A stretch of DNA of 64,000 nucleotides. Source: Candidatus Micrarchaeota archaeon (lineage in GTDB: Archaea; Micrarchaeota; Micrarchaeia; Anstonellales; Bilamarchaeaceae). The notes beneath the pieces are model-generated. The model was not told where the DNA came from. It saw only the letters and a list, made by a program, of their open reading frames with translations, and did not search any database. The number at the start of each line of letters is the position of its first letter. Positions within the stretch are counted from its first letter, which is position 1. The position numbers were made by a program, and so were the translations under genes. The stretch is from positions 1-64,000 of the forward strand of contig JAGVWJ010000008.1 of assembly GCA_018304385.1 (NCBI GenBank). The letters run 5' to 3'. Positions 27,499 to 37,565 of the stretch are shown here, piece by piece.

Positions 27499-27569
27499 AA
27501 AAAATGCCAAGCGTGTGAGGAGCTAAGGGGACTGGTAATCCTTGCAGTATTTACCTCATCATGCTTCCC
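27499..27569 (-). ncRNA. Candidate small structured ncRNA
   Basis: TTTATAA box at 27597-27591, long stem AAGCATGATGAGG/CCTCACACGCTT, T6 tail, no meaningful ORF. Confidence 0.4.
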
Positions 27570-27601
27570 AATAACATCTTCCTGATTCTATTATAAATCG
27601 T

Positions 27602-27928
27602 CTATTGACCTACTAGTCTATCAATTTTAGCTGCTATTATAAAGTCATTTTCTCCTAGTCCATTAATAGCATGACTAAAAAGCTGTATGCGAACGGCTTT
27701 ATAGAATATAGTAATTGTGGGATAATGGTCTTCCTCATTAATGATTGCTTTGACTTTATCTACAAATTTCATTGCTTCTAGAAAATTCTTGAATGTAAAA
27801 TCACATTGCAACTGGTTATTTTTTATTTCCCAACTTTTAACATATTGGAGTAGTTCTTTTATTTTCTCTGGATCAAGCGGCTTTAGACCAGCCCTTGCTG
27901 GTTGGCATTTCATTTCTGATAAATTCAT
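27602..27928 (-). CDS. Pterin-4-alpha-carbinolamine dehydratase family protein
   Basis: FTFKNFLEAMKFV, EDHYP (HHP in canonical enzymes), NDFIIAAKID; start at MNLSEMKC. Confidence 0.88.
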   Translation of the reverse strand: MNLSEMKCQPARAGLKPLDPEKIKELLQYVKSWEIKNNQLQCDFTFKNFLEAMKFVDKVKAIINEEDHYPTITIFYKAVRIQLFSHAINGLGENDFIIAAKIDRLVGQ

Positions 27929-28003
27929 AGAGACCACAAATTTCATTACTGCGAATTCAAAACCAAAGGCCAGAATTACTATGTAAAAGAAGCTAAGTAA
28001 ATA

Positions 28004-29488
28004 CTAATTTTGTTCGCTAGCCTCATATACATCAAAATCTATCTTATCTATAACTGGAATTTCTCCGACAATTTGTACATTAGTAGCTGGCCAAAGATAA
28101 GTTTCTCCTTTATATTTAAAGTGCTCTGCAAATTCCAATAATCCTCTTATTTCCTCTAGGCTTACTCCATCTTCTAGCATGCGCAACGCTAAACGATATT
28201 TGCTAACTGCATTTTGAAACATCGGTTGTCCATTATAACGCATTGCATCAAAAACCTTAATTTCGTCTTCAGTAAGACGAAATCTTCCTGGGGCCAAGCA
28301 ATCTTCGCCAACATATACATGCATAAGCGAATGAAACAAACGTGACCATGTTTCAGCTGGTGAGACGTAAAATTCTTTCATTGCATCTAGTTTAAATCCT
28401 TCTTGGTCCATTAATGCGGCCACTGCTAGATTCATTGTTACCTCTACATAAAATTGTGGAAAGTTGCTCTCAAAATCTTGATTAGTCTCTTGCATACTCC
28501 CAGCAAGGCGAAGCATATTCTTATAAAGATCGTTAAACTTTCCAAGTTGCTGAACCCAAAATGGAATTATCTTGCCCATATCCCCTGAGCAAATATCTCC
28601 TTCAGGATCTAGACCTAGCTCTCTTGCTGCTGCAAAAGGATCTGCATTAGGCTGATTGCTTTGAGCTTCTATTAAAACACTATTAACCTCAGCAACAAGA
28701 GAAGCAATTAGCTCTTGATAACGCTGGCTTACCTGTGCAGGTATTCTTGGGTCTTGAAGAGCACTTTGAAGCATATTACGATTCATTATAAGTTGATTAA
28801 ATTCCTGCATAAAACTAATTGAGATTGACTTTTCACTCTCAAAAAATCTTTGCCTTGTTTCGATCATAAAAAGAAACCCAACTCTACGTATTGCGTCTTC
28901 CCTTCTTTTTACCACGGCGTTAATCTCTTCAGCAGAAGGTCCAGAATAACCTGCAAGAAATGTTGGAAATTGACGATTCTTATCCTTAATAACAATACCA
29001 TGTCCTAATTCATGGTCAAAGTATCTATCCACATTTGGATCTTCAGATGATAATATCAGCACATTTAATGGTGAAGGAAAATACATTGCACGCAACAACT
29101 GAGGTATCACACCCATACCTCCAATATCAGAACTCTCAAGCAACTCTTGAATACCTTTTCTAGAAACACGAAGCTGGATACCTGTTTCTTTTCCATCTGT
29201 GTAATCTAAGTCAACAACTTCATTGACCCAAGGACCATATTTAGAAAGCGCTCTTTGGATAGCAGCTTTAATAGTAGGGAAATCTGGTTCTGCAGGCTTT
29301 GTTGAAGTATCTGGAACTGCTAATGACACTGGTATCATTGGTGGTTTCGTTGCAGCTTCTTCAGTGCCGCAGGATTGACCTTGTATTCCAGTAGCGAGCG
29401 CAAATGCATAAGTCAAAAATTTTGGAATAACAGTATCTTTGCTTTTCGCCTTTTGCCTGCCAGTCTGAACACCCATTAATTTTCGCAT
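28004..29488 (-). CDS. Putative secreted zincin-motif protein
   Basis: Start at ATG 29488 with a TTTTAAA box upstream; hydrophobic N-terminal segment; FDHELGHG (HExxH). Confidence 0.6.
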   Translation of the reverse strand: MRKLMGVQTGRQKAKSKDTVIPKFLTYAFALATGIQGQSCGTEEAATKPPMIPVSLAVPDTSTKPAEPDFPTIKAAIQRALSKYGPWVNEVVDLDYTDGKETGIQLRVSRKGIQELLESSDIGGMGVIPQLLRAMYFPSPLNVLILSSEDPNVDRYFDHELGHGIVIKDKNRQFPTFLAGYSGPSAEEINAVVKRREDAIRRVGFLFMIETRQRFFESEKSISISFMQEFNQLIMNRNMLQSALQDPRIPAQVSQRYQELIASLVAEVNSVLIEAQSNQPNADPFAAARELGLDPEGDICSGDMGKIIPFWVQQLGKFNDLYKNMLRLAGSMQETNQDFESNFPQFYVEVTMNLAVAALMDQEGFKLDAMKEFYVSPAETWSRLFHSLMHVYVGEDCLAPGRFRLTEDEIKVFDAMRYNGQPMFQNAVSKYRLALRMLEDGVSLEEIRGLLEFAEHFKYKGETYLWPATNVQIVGEIPVIDKIDFDVYEASEQN

Positions 29489-29520
29489 ATCTATATTTAT
29501 TATAACAAAAAGGTTTAAAA

Positions 29521-29554
29521 ATAGCCCAGTCACAATGCCCAAGGCCCATTGCTA
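29521..29554 (-). repeat. Heptamer array starting at a TAG stop
   Basis: Minus strand TAGCAAT GGGCCTT GGGCATT GTGACT GGGCTAT. Confidence 0.7.
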
Positions 29555-31141
29555 ACTCATACTTCCCAAAAGCATTTTCCTAAATTCTATTGGTTCCAAA
29601 TCCTCTAATGCCTTAATCGCAAAGCTTAATTTTGTTTCGCTTTCTGCGTAGATGGTAAATAACAAATCTCCCTTAACAACGCGATCGCCACGTATGCGAT
29701 GGACATAAACACCTGCACCATCATCACGCGGTGCACCAGCAATCCTAGCAATTTTAGATATCATTTTATTATCTATGTGGTAAATCTGACCTTCACGCTC
29801 TGTCTTAACATCATACGTATATTGACCAATGGGCAAATCACTAATTTTCACATTAGGATTTCCACCTTGTAAACCAACTATTTCGCGGAATTTCTTATTT
29901 GCCTTTCCGTTTCTTATAAGGTCTGATGCAACATCATATCCTTTTCCAACATTGCATTTGCCAGCTAACTCAAGCAGCTTGCCAGTCATAAATATGCTTT
30001 TATGCCTTAGATCATTTGGCCCTTTTCCTTCAAGTACTTGTAGAACATCTCTGCATTCAAGCGCTGGACCAACACCATTACCTACTGGCTCTGCACCATC
30101 AGTTATTAGCACTTCAATATTCATTCCAATGCTCTTTCCAATCTTTATAAAATGATCACCTAACTGCTGTGCTTTTTCCATATATGGAATCTTTGCACCG
30201 CGGCCTACAGGAATATCGATTATCACGTTTTCAGCACCAACGCATTTTTTCTTTCCTAATATGCTTGCAAGCAGCATACCTTCTGGATCTAAACTAAGTG
30301 GATGTCTTATTTTTATGAGTCTGTCATCTACTGGCGCAAGATTCATACCTCCGCCCCAAACAATCGCGCCATGTGCCTTGAGCACAATTTTTCGCATCTC
30401 TTCTATTTCTATTTCGACATCTGTTAAAACCTCAAATGTATCAGCAGTTCCTGATGGACTGGTAATTGAACGAGAACTAGTTTTTGGAATATACAAATCA
30501 GTGCACGCAATCATTGGAACAATCAGCATTGTTGTGCGGTTTCCGACGACGCCTCCGACGCAGTGCTTATCACAAATTCCTTTTTTACCAAGTTCTAATT
30601 TGTCACCAGAATTAACTGTTGCATGCGTTAACGCAATAATCTCTTCATCACTAAAGCCACGAATATAAGCAGCAGAGATCCAAGCGGATGTTTCAATCTC
30701 ACTAAGTTTTCCTTCCATTATTTCTTTTACAATTAGCTGAACTTCATCTGGTTTAAGTGTTTCACCATCAAGCTTTCTCTTTATATAGCTTATGGAAGCC
30801 GGCCTGTCCATGTGCATTATTTCTGTCTTATCACCGTCTTTCAGATTAAGATCTTTAGCTACATCCTTGAATATACCTATTTCACCAGGCTTAACAAGCT
30901 CATCAGAAACATCTACTATTGCAACTACGCACTCTTTTTTTGGTGTGCACACCTGCGTGCGATACCCCCAATACATATCATGCTCTTTTGCTTCATCCTC
31001 ATTCAGTACAATTATCTTAGCACCAGTGTATATATCTAGAATTTTTACTTTGCAGACGTATTTCTTATATCTCCAAACATCTACCTTCTTGGTTTACTTC
31101 TCAACAAATTTAGGTTCCTTTTTGTCATTTACCATGTTCAT
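29552..31141 (-). CDS. deoA: AMP phosphorylase with an in-frame TAA near the N-terminus (31096-31094)
   Basis: DKHCVGGVVGN, PKTSSRSITSPSGTAD, WGGGMNLAPVD, IDIPVG, IARIAGAP; the conserved N-terminal KVKILDIYTG..VLNEDEA lies upstream of track start 30976, in frame but behind a stop. Confidence 0.9.
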
Positions 31142-31281
31142 AACCAACCCTGCTTTCTTTCCTGATTCACAATCAAATTTTAAATATCTGGTTGTGAACA
31201 GATTGATCCGACTTTTTGGAGGATCATTATAAGATTATTCAAAAGCAGTAAACTTTTAAATGTAGTATCCCTAAAAAAAAT

Positions 31282-32382
31282 ATGCAAAAAAAGAGAAACG
31301 TACATAATAAAGCAATTATTTTTTTGATTGTAGTGTTACTGGTTTTAGCATTCATATTAGTACTTGGTGGAAAAAAAGCAGCTACAAATATAGCAACACC
31401 AGAACCACAGCCAACACCTCAACCCGAGCCACAGCCATTGCCAGCACCACAACCAACACCTGCGGCAGCAGATGAAACTCTGGATAGTTTTATTGTTTTT
31501 TATACCGCGTTGCTTGGAACTGATGCTAATAATTTATCATATAGTATATACGCAGATTATAACTTAGAAAGTAAAACAAATAAAGTAAACTGGGATGATA
31601 GCTATTATGCTGCTTTGGGTTATCTTCCAGTATCAAACAGGGCGTACTTATTAGACCGAGTAAAATCTGAGGGATACTCAAATACACCTATGCAAGTCAT
31701 AACAAGAGGAAATAAACTGTTTTTGTTAAATAATGAAAAAATCGAGGTAATTGATCCTTCTAATGGTAAGAAATTATATACAGTAGCTACCTCAACAGAG
31801 ATAAGCAGTTTTGCAGTTATTAGTAATAACATCTTTTATCGCGATTCTGCTGGAGACTTATTAAAGCTAAGTTTTGATTCTACACAACCACAAAAGCTGT
31901 TGGTTAGTGATGATCCTGATAATGTTGGAGCACTCTATGATATCCAGGATAGCCTTGTAACGATATATTATAATACAGATAAAAATGAATACGAGATTAG
32001 AGAACATAATGTAGATACTGGAAAAATTATAAAAACAACCAACACTATACCTGCTGGCAATTTGAAATTCTATGATGGGGAAACTGCATTTTATATTGTT
32101 GCGCAAGATGAAACTAATCAAAACAGATATTATATATACCGTATCGAATTAGGTGATACTGCTGAAACATTGATCGGATTAGACTTGGATGAAAGCGAAG
32201 GTGGGATATTAGGTGTTGATGAGAGTAATGGGAAACTGTTTGTTACTATAGAATCCAAAACACCTGGCACAGCAGATTCTGTTGTTGTCCATGATTTAAG
32301 TACAAAGGAGAGTAAAGAGATAAATTTTGATCAAAAAATAAGTTATACTGGAAATCCTCCAGAATATTTCTCTTTGAATTAA
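31282..32382 (+). CDS. Membrane-anchored extracellular beta-propeller-like protein
   Basis: N-terminal TM, PQP linker, repeated beta-rich blades; paralog of the C-terminal domain of the next gene. Confidence 0.7.
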   Translation: MQKKRNVHNKAIIFLIVVLLVLAFILVLGGKKAATNIATPEPQPTPQPEPQPLPAPQPTPAAADETLDSFIVFYTALLGTDANNLSYSIYADYNLESKTNKVNWDDSYYAALGYLPVSNRAYLLDRVKSEGYSNTPMQVITRGNKLFLLNNEKIEVIDPSNGKKLYTVATSTEISSFAVISNNIFYRDSAGDLLKLSFDSTQPQKLLVSDDPDNVGALYDIQDSLVTIYYNTDKNEYEIREHNVDTGKIIKTTNTIPAGNLKFYDGETAFYIVAQDETNQNRYYIYRIELGDTAETLIGLDLDESEGGILGVDESNGKLFVTIESKTPGTADSVVVHDLSTKESKEINFDQKISYTGNPPEYFSLN

Positions 32383-32412
32383 ATTTTTAAATATACCATC
32401 ATAAAAGTAAGC

Positions 32413-34080
32413 ATGCAAAGATATGTTATTGTTCTACTTTTAGTTTTAATGGTTCTAGTTGTTATAGTATACCAGCAAAAAGACCAGATTACTTATATAC
32501 TAACAGGCAAAAAACCAATAGATACTGGAGGCATATCAACTGGTAAGATGCAGTTAACTAGTCCTGCTTTTTCACAAAATGAGAATGTACCCAAATTATA
32601 TACATGCGAAGGCAGCGATTTAAATCCGCCACTAACAATTAGTGGCACGCCAAGCAATGCTAAAAGTCTTGCGATAGTTATTGATGATCCAGATGCGAAT
32701 TACCCTGGCGCACCTGATGGTGCTTGGGTTCACTGGGTTACATGGAATATTCCTGCAAATACTAAGAACATTGCGCAAGGCACACCTGTTGGTACGCAAG
32801 GTGCGAATAGCGGTGGGGAATCAAAATATATGGGACCTTGTCCACCTGAAGGACCGGCGCATATGTATATCTTCAAAATCTATGCATTAGATACAACATT
32901 AACGCTTAATGCAGGTGCAACAAAACAACAGCTTGAACAAGCAATGCAAGGCCATATATTAGACAGCACTGTTCTTACTGGATTATACGCTGCTGGAAGC
33001 GGGCCGACACCGCCTACACCTCCGCCAATGCCACCCGTAGGTCCAACTCCACCTTCTAATGTAACACAGCCACCAACACCAGATGTTAAAAAATTAGAAA
33101 TCTCACCAAATACTTTGATGATATTTTATTTTACAAGCGTTGGGTCTGGCACAAAAAGTTTACCTTCAGTAGTATCAACAACTGAGGGAACACCAAGCAC
33201 TAAAGTAATATATATAACTGCCCAACCCATAACATGGAGCAGTACTTATTATGCGATTATTGGAGATATACCTTCTTTAGACAAAGCTTATGTAATCGAT
33301 AAAACAATATCATACAGCTATTCGAGAAGCGTTTTGCGTGTTAGAACAAATGGGAATAGAGTTATTGTTCTTAATGAGCGCGGAGAGCGAAATCCACTTA
33401 TTTACGACTTCAAGGTAATAGATCAGATAACTGGGGGAACTATCAAAAATGTAGATTTATATCCACGATCTTCTGTTGGCAGCTTCGCCATAATTGGTGA
33501 TTCATTTTATTATCATGCAAGTGACGGATTATATAAAAGAGACTTTAGTGCAACTCAGTCAACAAAACTTTTAGATGATAATGACCCTTCTAATAAAGGA
33601 AAACTATATAGCGTTGGCAATAGATTATTTAGTGTGGATGGAACTTATGAAGCTAGCACAAAATTAACTACTAATATTATAAGAGAACATAGCACAAGCA
33701 CTGGCAAAATAATCAAAGAAGTAACAAGTTTTCCAACATCAATTTCGAGCTTAGCTACATTTTACGATGGAGAAACTGCATTATACTTTAGCTTAAAGGA
33801 TACCTCAGCAAATGCTTATGAAATATACCGCGTAACTTCTGGTGAGCCAGAATATATGTTTGAAGTAGTTTTAAACGCAGGAGAAACAGGATTGGGAAAA
33901 GTAGATGAAACCAATGGTTATCTGATAGTTCCGATCTTATCAAGTAGTACAAATACGCTTGTTGTATATAATCTAAAGAAAAACAAGGGTGAAGATGATA
34001 TAATTATTAAAAAAGATGAGCTCATTGGCCCAGGATTCACTCTTGCAAGTGCAGAGTATTCAATGTTAAATCCACAATGA
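32413..34080 (+). CDS. Membrane-anchored YbhB/YbcL (PEBP) domain fused to a beta-propeller-like domain
   Basis: LTSPAF, YTCEGSDLNPPL, DDPDA, WVHWVTWN, YMGPCPP, HMYIFKIYALD; Pro linker; FYDGETALY shared with the upstream paralog. Confidence 0.85.
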   Translation: MQRYVIVLLLVLMVLVVIVYQQKDQITYILTGKKPIDTGGISTGKMQLTSPAFSQNENVPKLYTCEGSDLNPPLTISGTPSNAKSLAIVIDDPDANYPGAPDGAWVHWVTWNIPANTKNIAQGTPVGTQGANSGGESKYMGPCPPEGPAHMYIFKIYALDTTLTLNAGATKQQLEQAMQGHILDSTVLTGLYAAGSGPTPPTPPPMPPVGPTPPSNVTQPPTPDVKKLEISPNTLMIFYFTSVGSGTKSLPSVVSTTEGTPSTKVIYITAQPITWSSTYYAIIGDIPSLDKAYVIDKTISYSYSRSVLRVRTNGNRVIVLNERGERNPLIYDFKVIDQITGGTIKNVDLYPRSSVGSFAIIGDSFYYHASDGLYKRDFSATQSTKLLDDNDPSNKGKLYSVGNRLFSVDGTYEASTKLTTNIIREHSTSTGKIIKEVTSFPTSISSLATFYDGETALYFSLKDTSANAYEIYRVTSGEPEYMFEVVLNAGETGLGKVDETNGYLIVPILSSSTNTLVVYNLKKNKGEDDIIIKKDELIGPGFTLASAEYSMLNPQ

Positions 34081-34117
34081 TATACTATTAAATACCTTTT
34101 TTCTATAATTCTCCATT

Positions 34118-35089
34118 ATGTCAGTCACTATTGTTAAACATAGTTGGAGGATTTGCCCTAAAGGTATGGAAGAACATAATAGAAGAAAAAATTCTTTCAG
34201 GCCTATTACTGATGAGGAACATGCCCAAGGATTAGAAAACAAGCAAAAGGTTCTGAAAGTTTTAAGAGATGTTTTTAGAGGTTCTGGACTGAGCATTATA
34301 CTTTACGGTTCGCAGGTATATGCTCCACAAGTAGGACAAGACTTTGATCTGGCGGCACTATATCCATCTCGTGCATCTTTAAAAGCAATTGAATATTTTT
34401 GTAAAGTAGACTATACACCTGACCCTGTTTCAAGAGTATTAAAAGCAATTTTAGGAGATGAACCTAGTGCACTTCTTGATTTTTTAGAGCTTCATTATTC
34501 TAGCTTTCGATTTAAATTATTAATTAATGGTTCACCTGTACAGTTAAATGTCTTTTGTCAATCTACATTGGAAAGAGTAGCTAATCAAGGATTCCCTGAA
34601 GATTATAGAAAAATAAGAATACTCCATCCTGAAGGGCCGCTAAACTTAAAACGTGCAGTACTATTTGATGGAAGCCAACTTTGGATTCCAACTAGAACAA
34701 ACGGGATACAGCTTGATGGAGAAAATTACTGGTTACGTGGGTACTGGGGCTGGCTTTATGAAAATGGATACAGGGCAGTTTCTGGACTCGCAAAAACTAG
34801 CGTTGGGTATCTAGTAACTTCTGAAATAGTACTTGATGAAAATGAAGTTGCTGCGCGTTTGATTGAGAGCGCAGAAAGAACATTCGTAGCAGCACTTGCA
34901 GCTTATTCAAGAGAACGAAACGTTTCAGTTGATCCGTGTGATGTTTTTATACGCGCCAAACGTTTTCGCCCAGAGTTCACGGAAAAACTCCGCAGAAGGA
35001 TTGAAGCGCATAGGCCAAGCAAAACAGAGATTGCAAGATTTGAACTTCCTCTTTCCCCCCAACAACCAGATCATCCACCATCTTATTAA
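34118..35089 (+). CDS. Putative Pol-beta-superfamily nucleotidyltransferase
   Basis: ILYGSQVY...QDFDL (hG[GS]...DxD) and a later VQLNVF strand. Confidence 0.6.
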   Translation: MSVTIVKHSWRICPKGMEEHNRRKNSFRPITDEEHAQGLENKQKVLKVLRDVFRGSGLSIILYGSQVYAPQVGQDFDLAALYPSRASLKAIEYFCKVDYTPDPVSRVLKAILGDEPSALLDFLELHYSSFRFKLLINGSPVQLNVFCQSTLERVANQGFPEDYRKIRILHPEGPLNLKRAVLFDGSQLWIPTRTNGIQLDGENYWLRGYWGWLYENGYRAVSGLAKTSVGYLVTSEIVLDENEVAARLIESAERTFVAALAAYSRERNVSVDPCDVFIRAKRFRPEFTEKLRRRIEAHRPSKTEIARFELPLSPQQPDHPPSY

Positions 35090-35315
35090 GCTCTTTTTCG
35101 TCCTCTTCATCTTCTGGTAATGATGGTGGTAAATCGCTTTCACCTAATTTTTGATCTCCTTCACCTACGCTAGCAGGTTCTGCTGCTGGCGGAGTAGCTG
35201 GTGGAGCTTGTGGTTTGGTTACGTCAGCAGACTTTTCATCCTTCTTTTGCTCGCCTTGTGCACAACCAGCTAATAACAATAGCACTGCTCCCAATATTAC
35301 AAATAATATTTTCAT
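34977..35315 (-). CDS. Small acidic/Pro-rich lipoprotein
   Basis: TGATG coupling to the upstream gene; lipobox LLAGC; the 3' end overlaps the convergent ORF by 113 bp. Confidence 0.7.
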   Translation of the reverse strand: MKILFVILGAVLLLLAGCAQGEQKKDEKSADVTKPQAPPATPPAAEPASVGEGDQKLGESDLPPSLPEDEEDEKELNKMVDDLVVGGKEEVQILQSLFCLAYALQSFCGVFP

Positions 35316-36418
35316 CAACTATCACCCTCGGTATCAGTTGTAGTTTCATCTGGAGTTGGAGGAACTTCAACAACTTCAGTTAAATCCTCTACGTGTTTTT
35401 CTCCACGTTTATGTTTTTGATGGAGCTCTGCAAATACATGCCTAAACTGCTTATACGTATGCTTTGCATCATTTAATGCAGCTAGAGCATCTCTGTATTG
35501 CTCATCATCAAATAATACCTTTGCCTTATCTAAGGCTGCATTATATTCTTCTAGCAAAAATTGCAGCTTTGATACATCGTGGCCCTTTTCCTCAGCCTTA
35601 GTTATTGCCTTTTCCATAAGATCGTTGAGTTTCTCTCCTTTCTCTATCATGTTAGATAGTCTTTGTATTAATGCTTTCTTTTTCTCCTCAGTTAATTTTT
35701 CTAATTTTTCTGCAAGCATTTTCTTGTGTAAAGCATCGAGACGTACTCTCGCACCTTCATCAGTTTCTGTTTCTTCAGTTTCATTATCTCCTGCTTCTGC
35801 AGCTAGTCTTTTCTTTTTTATCCAATCTTTAAATCTCTCTTGCACTACAGTTCTATAATGTTCATTTATCTCTAGTTCACATTTCTTTCTATCTTCACCC
35901 GTTAGCTTTCTGCATTTTTCATTTAATGCATGACGCTCGCGCGCTTTTTCTAAAGCACGTTCAGAAACTGCATTTCTTTCTTTAGCACATAGTACGCGTT
36001 CAACTTTATCATTAAGCGATTCACATTTTCTTTCTCTTTTTTCTTTTACCCTTTCTTTAACATCTTGTTTTGCCCTTCTCCTTTTTAAGTTATCTTCTAA
36101 TTCATTCTTTCCTTCCCTATCAAGCTTATTCCTTTCATTTTCTCTGATCTCCTTAAGTCTCTCTGGTTTTACTCTGTCTTTCATACGTTCTGAAAGTACC
36201 TCTCTAGTGCGCTCGCGTGCAACCTCCTTAGCTCGATCACTAACTGCATCCCGAGCAACATCTCTTGCTCTGTCCCTAGCTACATCTTTTGCCCTATCTG
36301 CTGCTCTATCTTTTACTTCATCTCTTGCATTGTCGCGTGCATCACTGCGCAAATCAGCTGCGAGTACAACTGCCATTAATAAGAAAACAACCAAACCTAC
36401 AAACAATAGTTTTCGCAT
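35315..36418 (-). CDS. Secreted helical coiled-coil protein with RD-rich repeats
   Basis: Signal peptide; ARDRAKDV repeats; Cys pairs; DDEQYRDALAALNDAK. Confidence 0.8.
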   Translation of the reverse strand: MRKLLFVGLVVFLLMAVVLAADLRSDARDNARDEVKDRAADRAKDVARDRARDVARDAVSDRAKEVARERTREVLSERMKDRVKPERLKEIRENERNKLDREGKNELEDNLKRRRAKQDVKERVKEKRERKCESLNDKVERVLCAKERNAVSERALEKARERHALNEKCRKLTGEDRKKCELEINEHYRTVVQERFKDWIKKKRLAAEAGDNETEETETDEGARVRLDALHKKMLAEKLEKLTEEKKKALIQRLSNMIEKGEKLNDLMEKAITKAEEKGHDVSKLQFLLEEYNAALDKAKVLFDDEQYRDALAALNDAKHTYKQFRHVFAELHQKHKRGEKHVEDLTEVVEVPPTPDETTTDTEGDS

Positions 36419-36487
36419 TTAGACCACCGAATATGTTAGTTATTTAGTATTTATAAATATAGGGGCTTCACCCCTATGACCCCATTG

Positions 36488-37513
36488 CTACTTAATAAGG
36501 TCTGCAAATGCAAACCTAAACTGTTTAAATATATTTTTAGCATCGTTTAAAGCAGCTAAGGTATCTCTATACTGCTCATCATCATAGAATATTTTTGCCT
36601 TATCCATTGCTATTTTGTATTCTTCTAATAAAAATTCTAATCTTGCAGTGTCATAACCTTTTTCTTTTGCTTTATTTAGTGCTCTTTCAAGTAGATCTGC
36701 TTTTTTTCCAGCACTCGCAATTAAACCATCAATACGTTCTATTAGATTGCGCTTTGCCTGGCTCTTTTCATCGTTTAATCTCGCTTCAGATACTCGCTCA
36801 TGAACTGAGTTTATTATTGCACGCGCTGTCTCACCACCTGATAACTCTTCTCTTTTAAATTCCTTAAACCTTTCCTGGATGACGTCTCTGAAATGCCTGT
36901 TTACACGTTCTTGACATGCAGATCGCTCGCTACCAGTAAGCCGTCTACATTCCTCGCTTAACCTATGACGCTCACGAACCTTTTCTATTGTTAGGTATGT
37001 TGTTTTCTCGCGCTCGCAAAAAATACGCTCATTAGCGTCCACTATTCCATCGCATTTTCTCTCAAGTTTTTCTTTTATTCTATCACTAGCATTCATTTTC
37101 AGTCTTCTATCTGTTTCTGCATCTATCCTATTTCTTACTCTCAATTCTCTATCTATCTCTTCTCTTGCTGCCCTTGTTTGATTTTCCACTCCTATACGAA
37201 TATCTTCTCGTGCTTCTCGTGTCTGATTTTCTACTTCGCTTTCAGTTGCTTCCCTAACTCGCTCAGCAGTTTCATTTCTGATTAACTCTTCTGTCTCGTT
37301 TCTTATCTGACTCGCTATACCCTCGCGAGTTTCATTTATTGCCCGTTCAGTAGCCTCTCTTGTAAGTCTTTCAGTAGTCTCTGCTGCAATCCTTTCTGTA
37401 GTTTCTCGTGTAATCCTTTCTGTTTCTTCACGCGTAATCCTCTCTTCCTCAGTCTCGGCAAATGCAATGTTTAGCACAAACAATAGCATAGCAAATAATA
37501 ACAATTTTTGCAT
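36488..37513 (-). CDS. Secreted helical coiled-coil protein with ETER repeats; tandem paralog of 35315..36418
   Basis: GGTGG SD before ATG 37513; ETERITRE repeats; DDEQYRDTLAALNDAK. Confidence 0.8.
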   Translation of the reverse strand: MQKLLLFAMLLFVLNIAFAETEEERITREETERITRETTERIAAETTERLTREATERAINETREGIASQIRNETEELIRNETAERVREATESEVENQTREAREDIRIGVENQTRAAREEIDRELRVRNRIDAETDRRLKMNASDRIKEKLERKCDGIVDANERIFCEREKTTYLTIEKVRERHRLSEECRRLTGSERSACQERVNRHFRDVIQERFKEFKREELSGGETARAIINSVHERVSEARLNDEKSQAKRNLIERIDGLIASAGKKADLLERALNKAKEKGYDTARLEFLLEEYKIAMDKAKIFYDDEQYRDTLAALNDAKNIFKQFRFAFADLIK

Positions 37514-37565
37514 GAAAACCACCCTTATAGATTTTTACATGTGCATTTTTATATTTATGTTTTCT

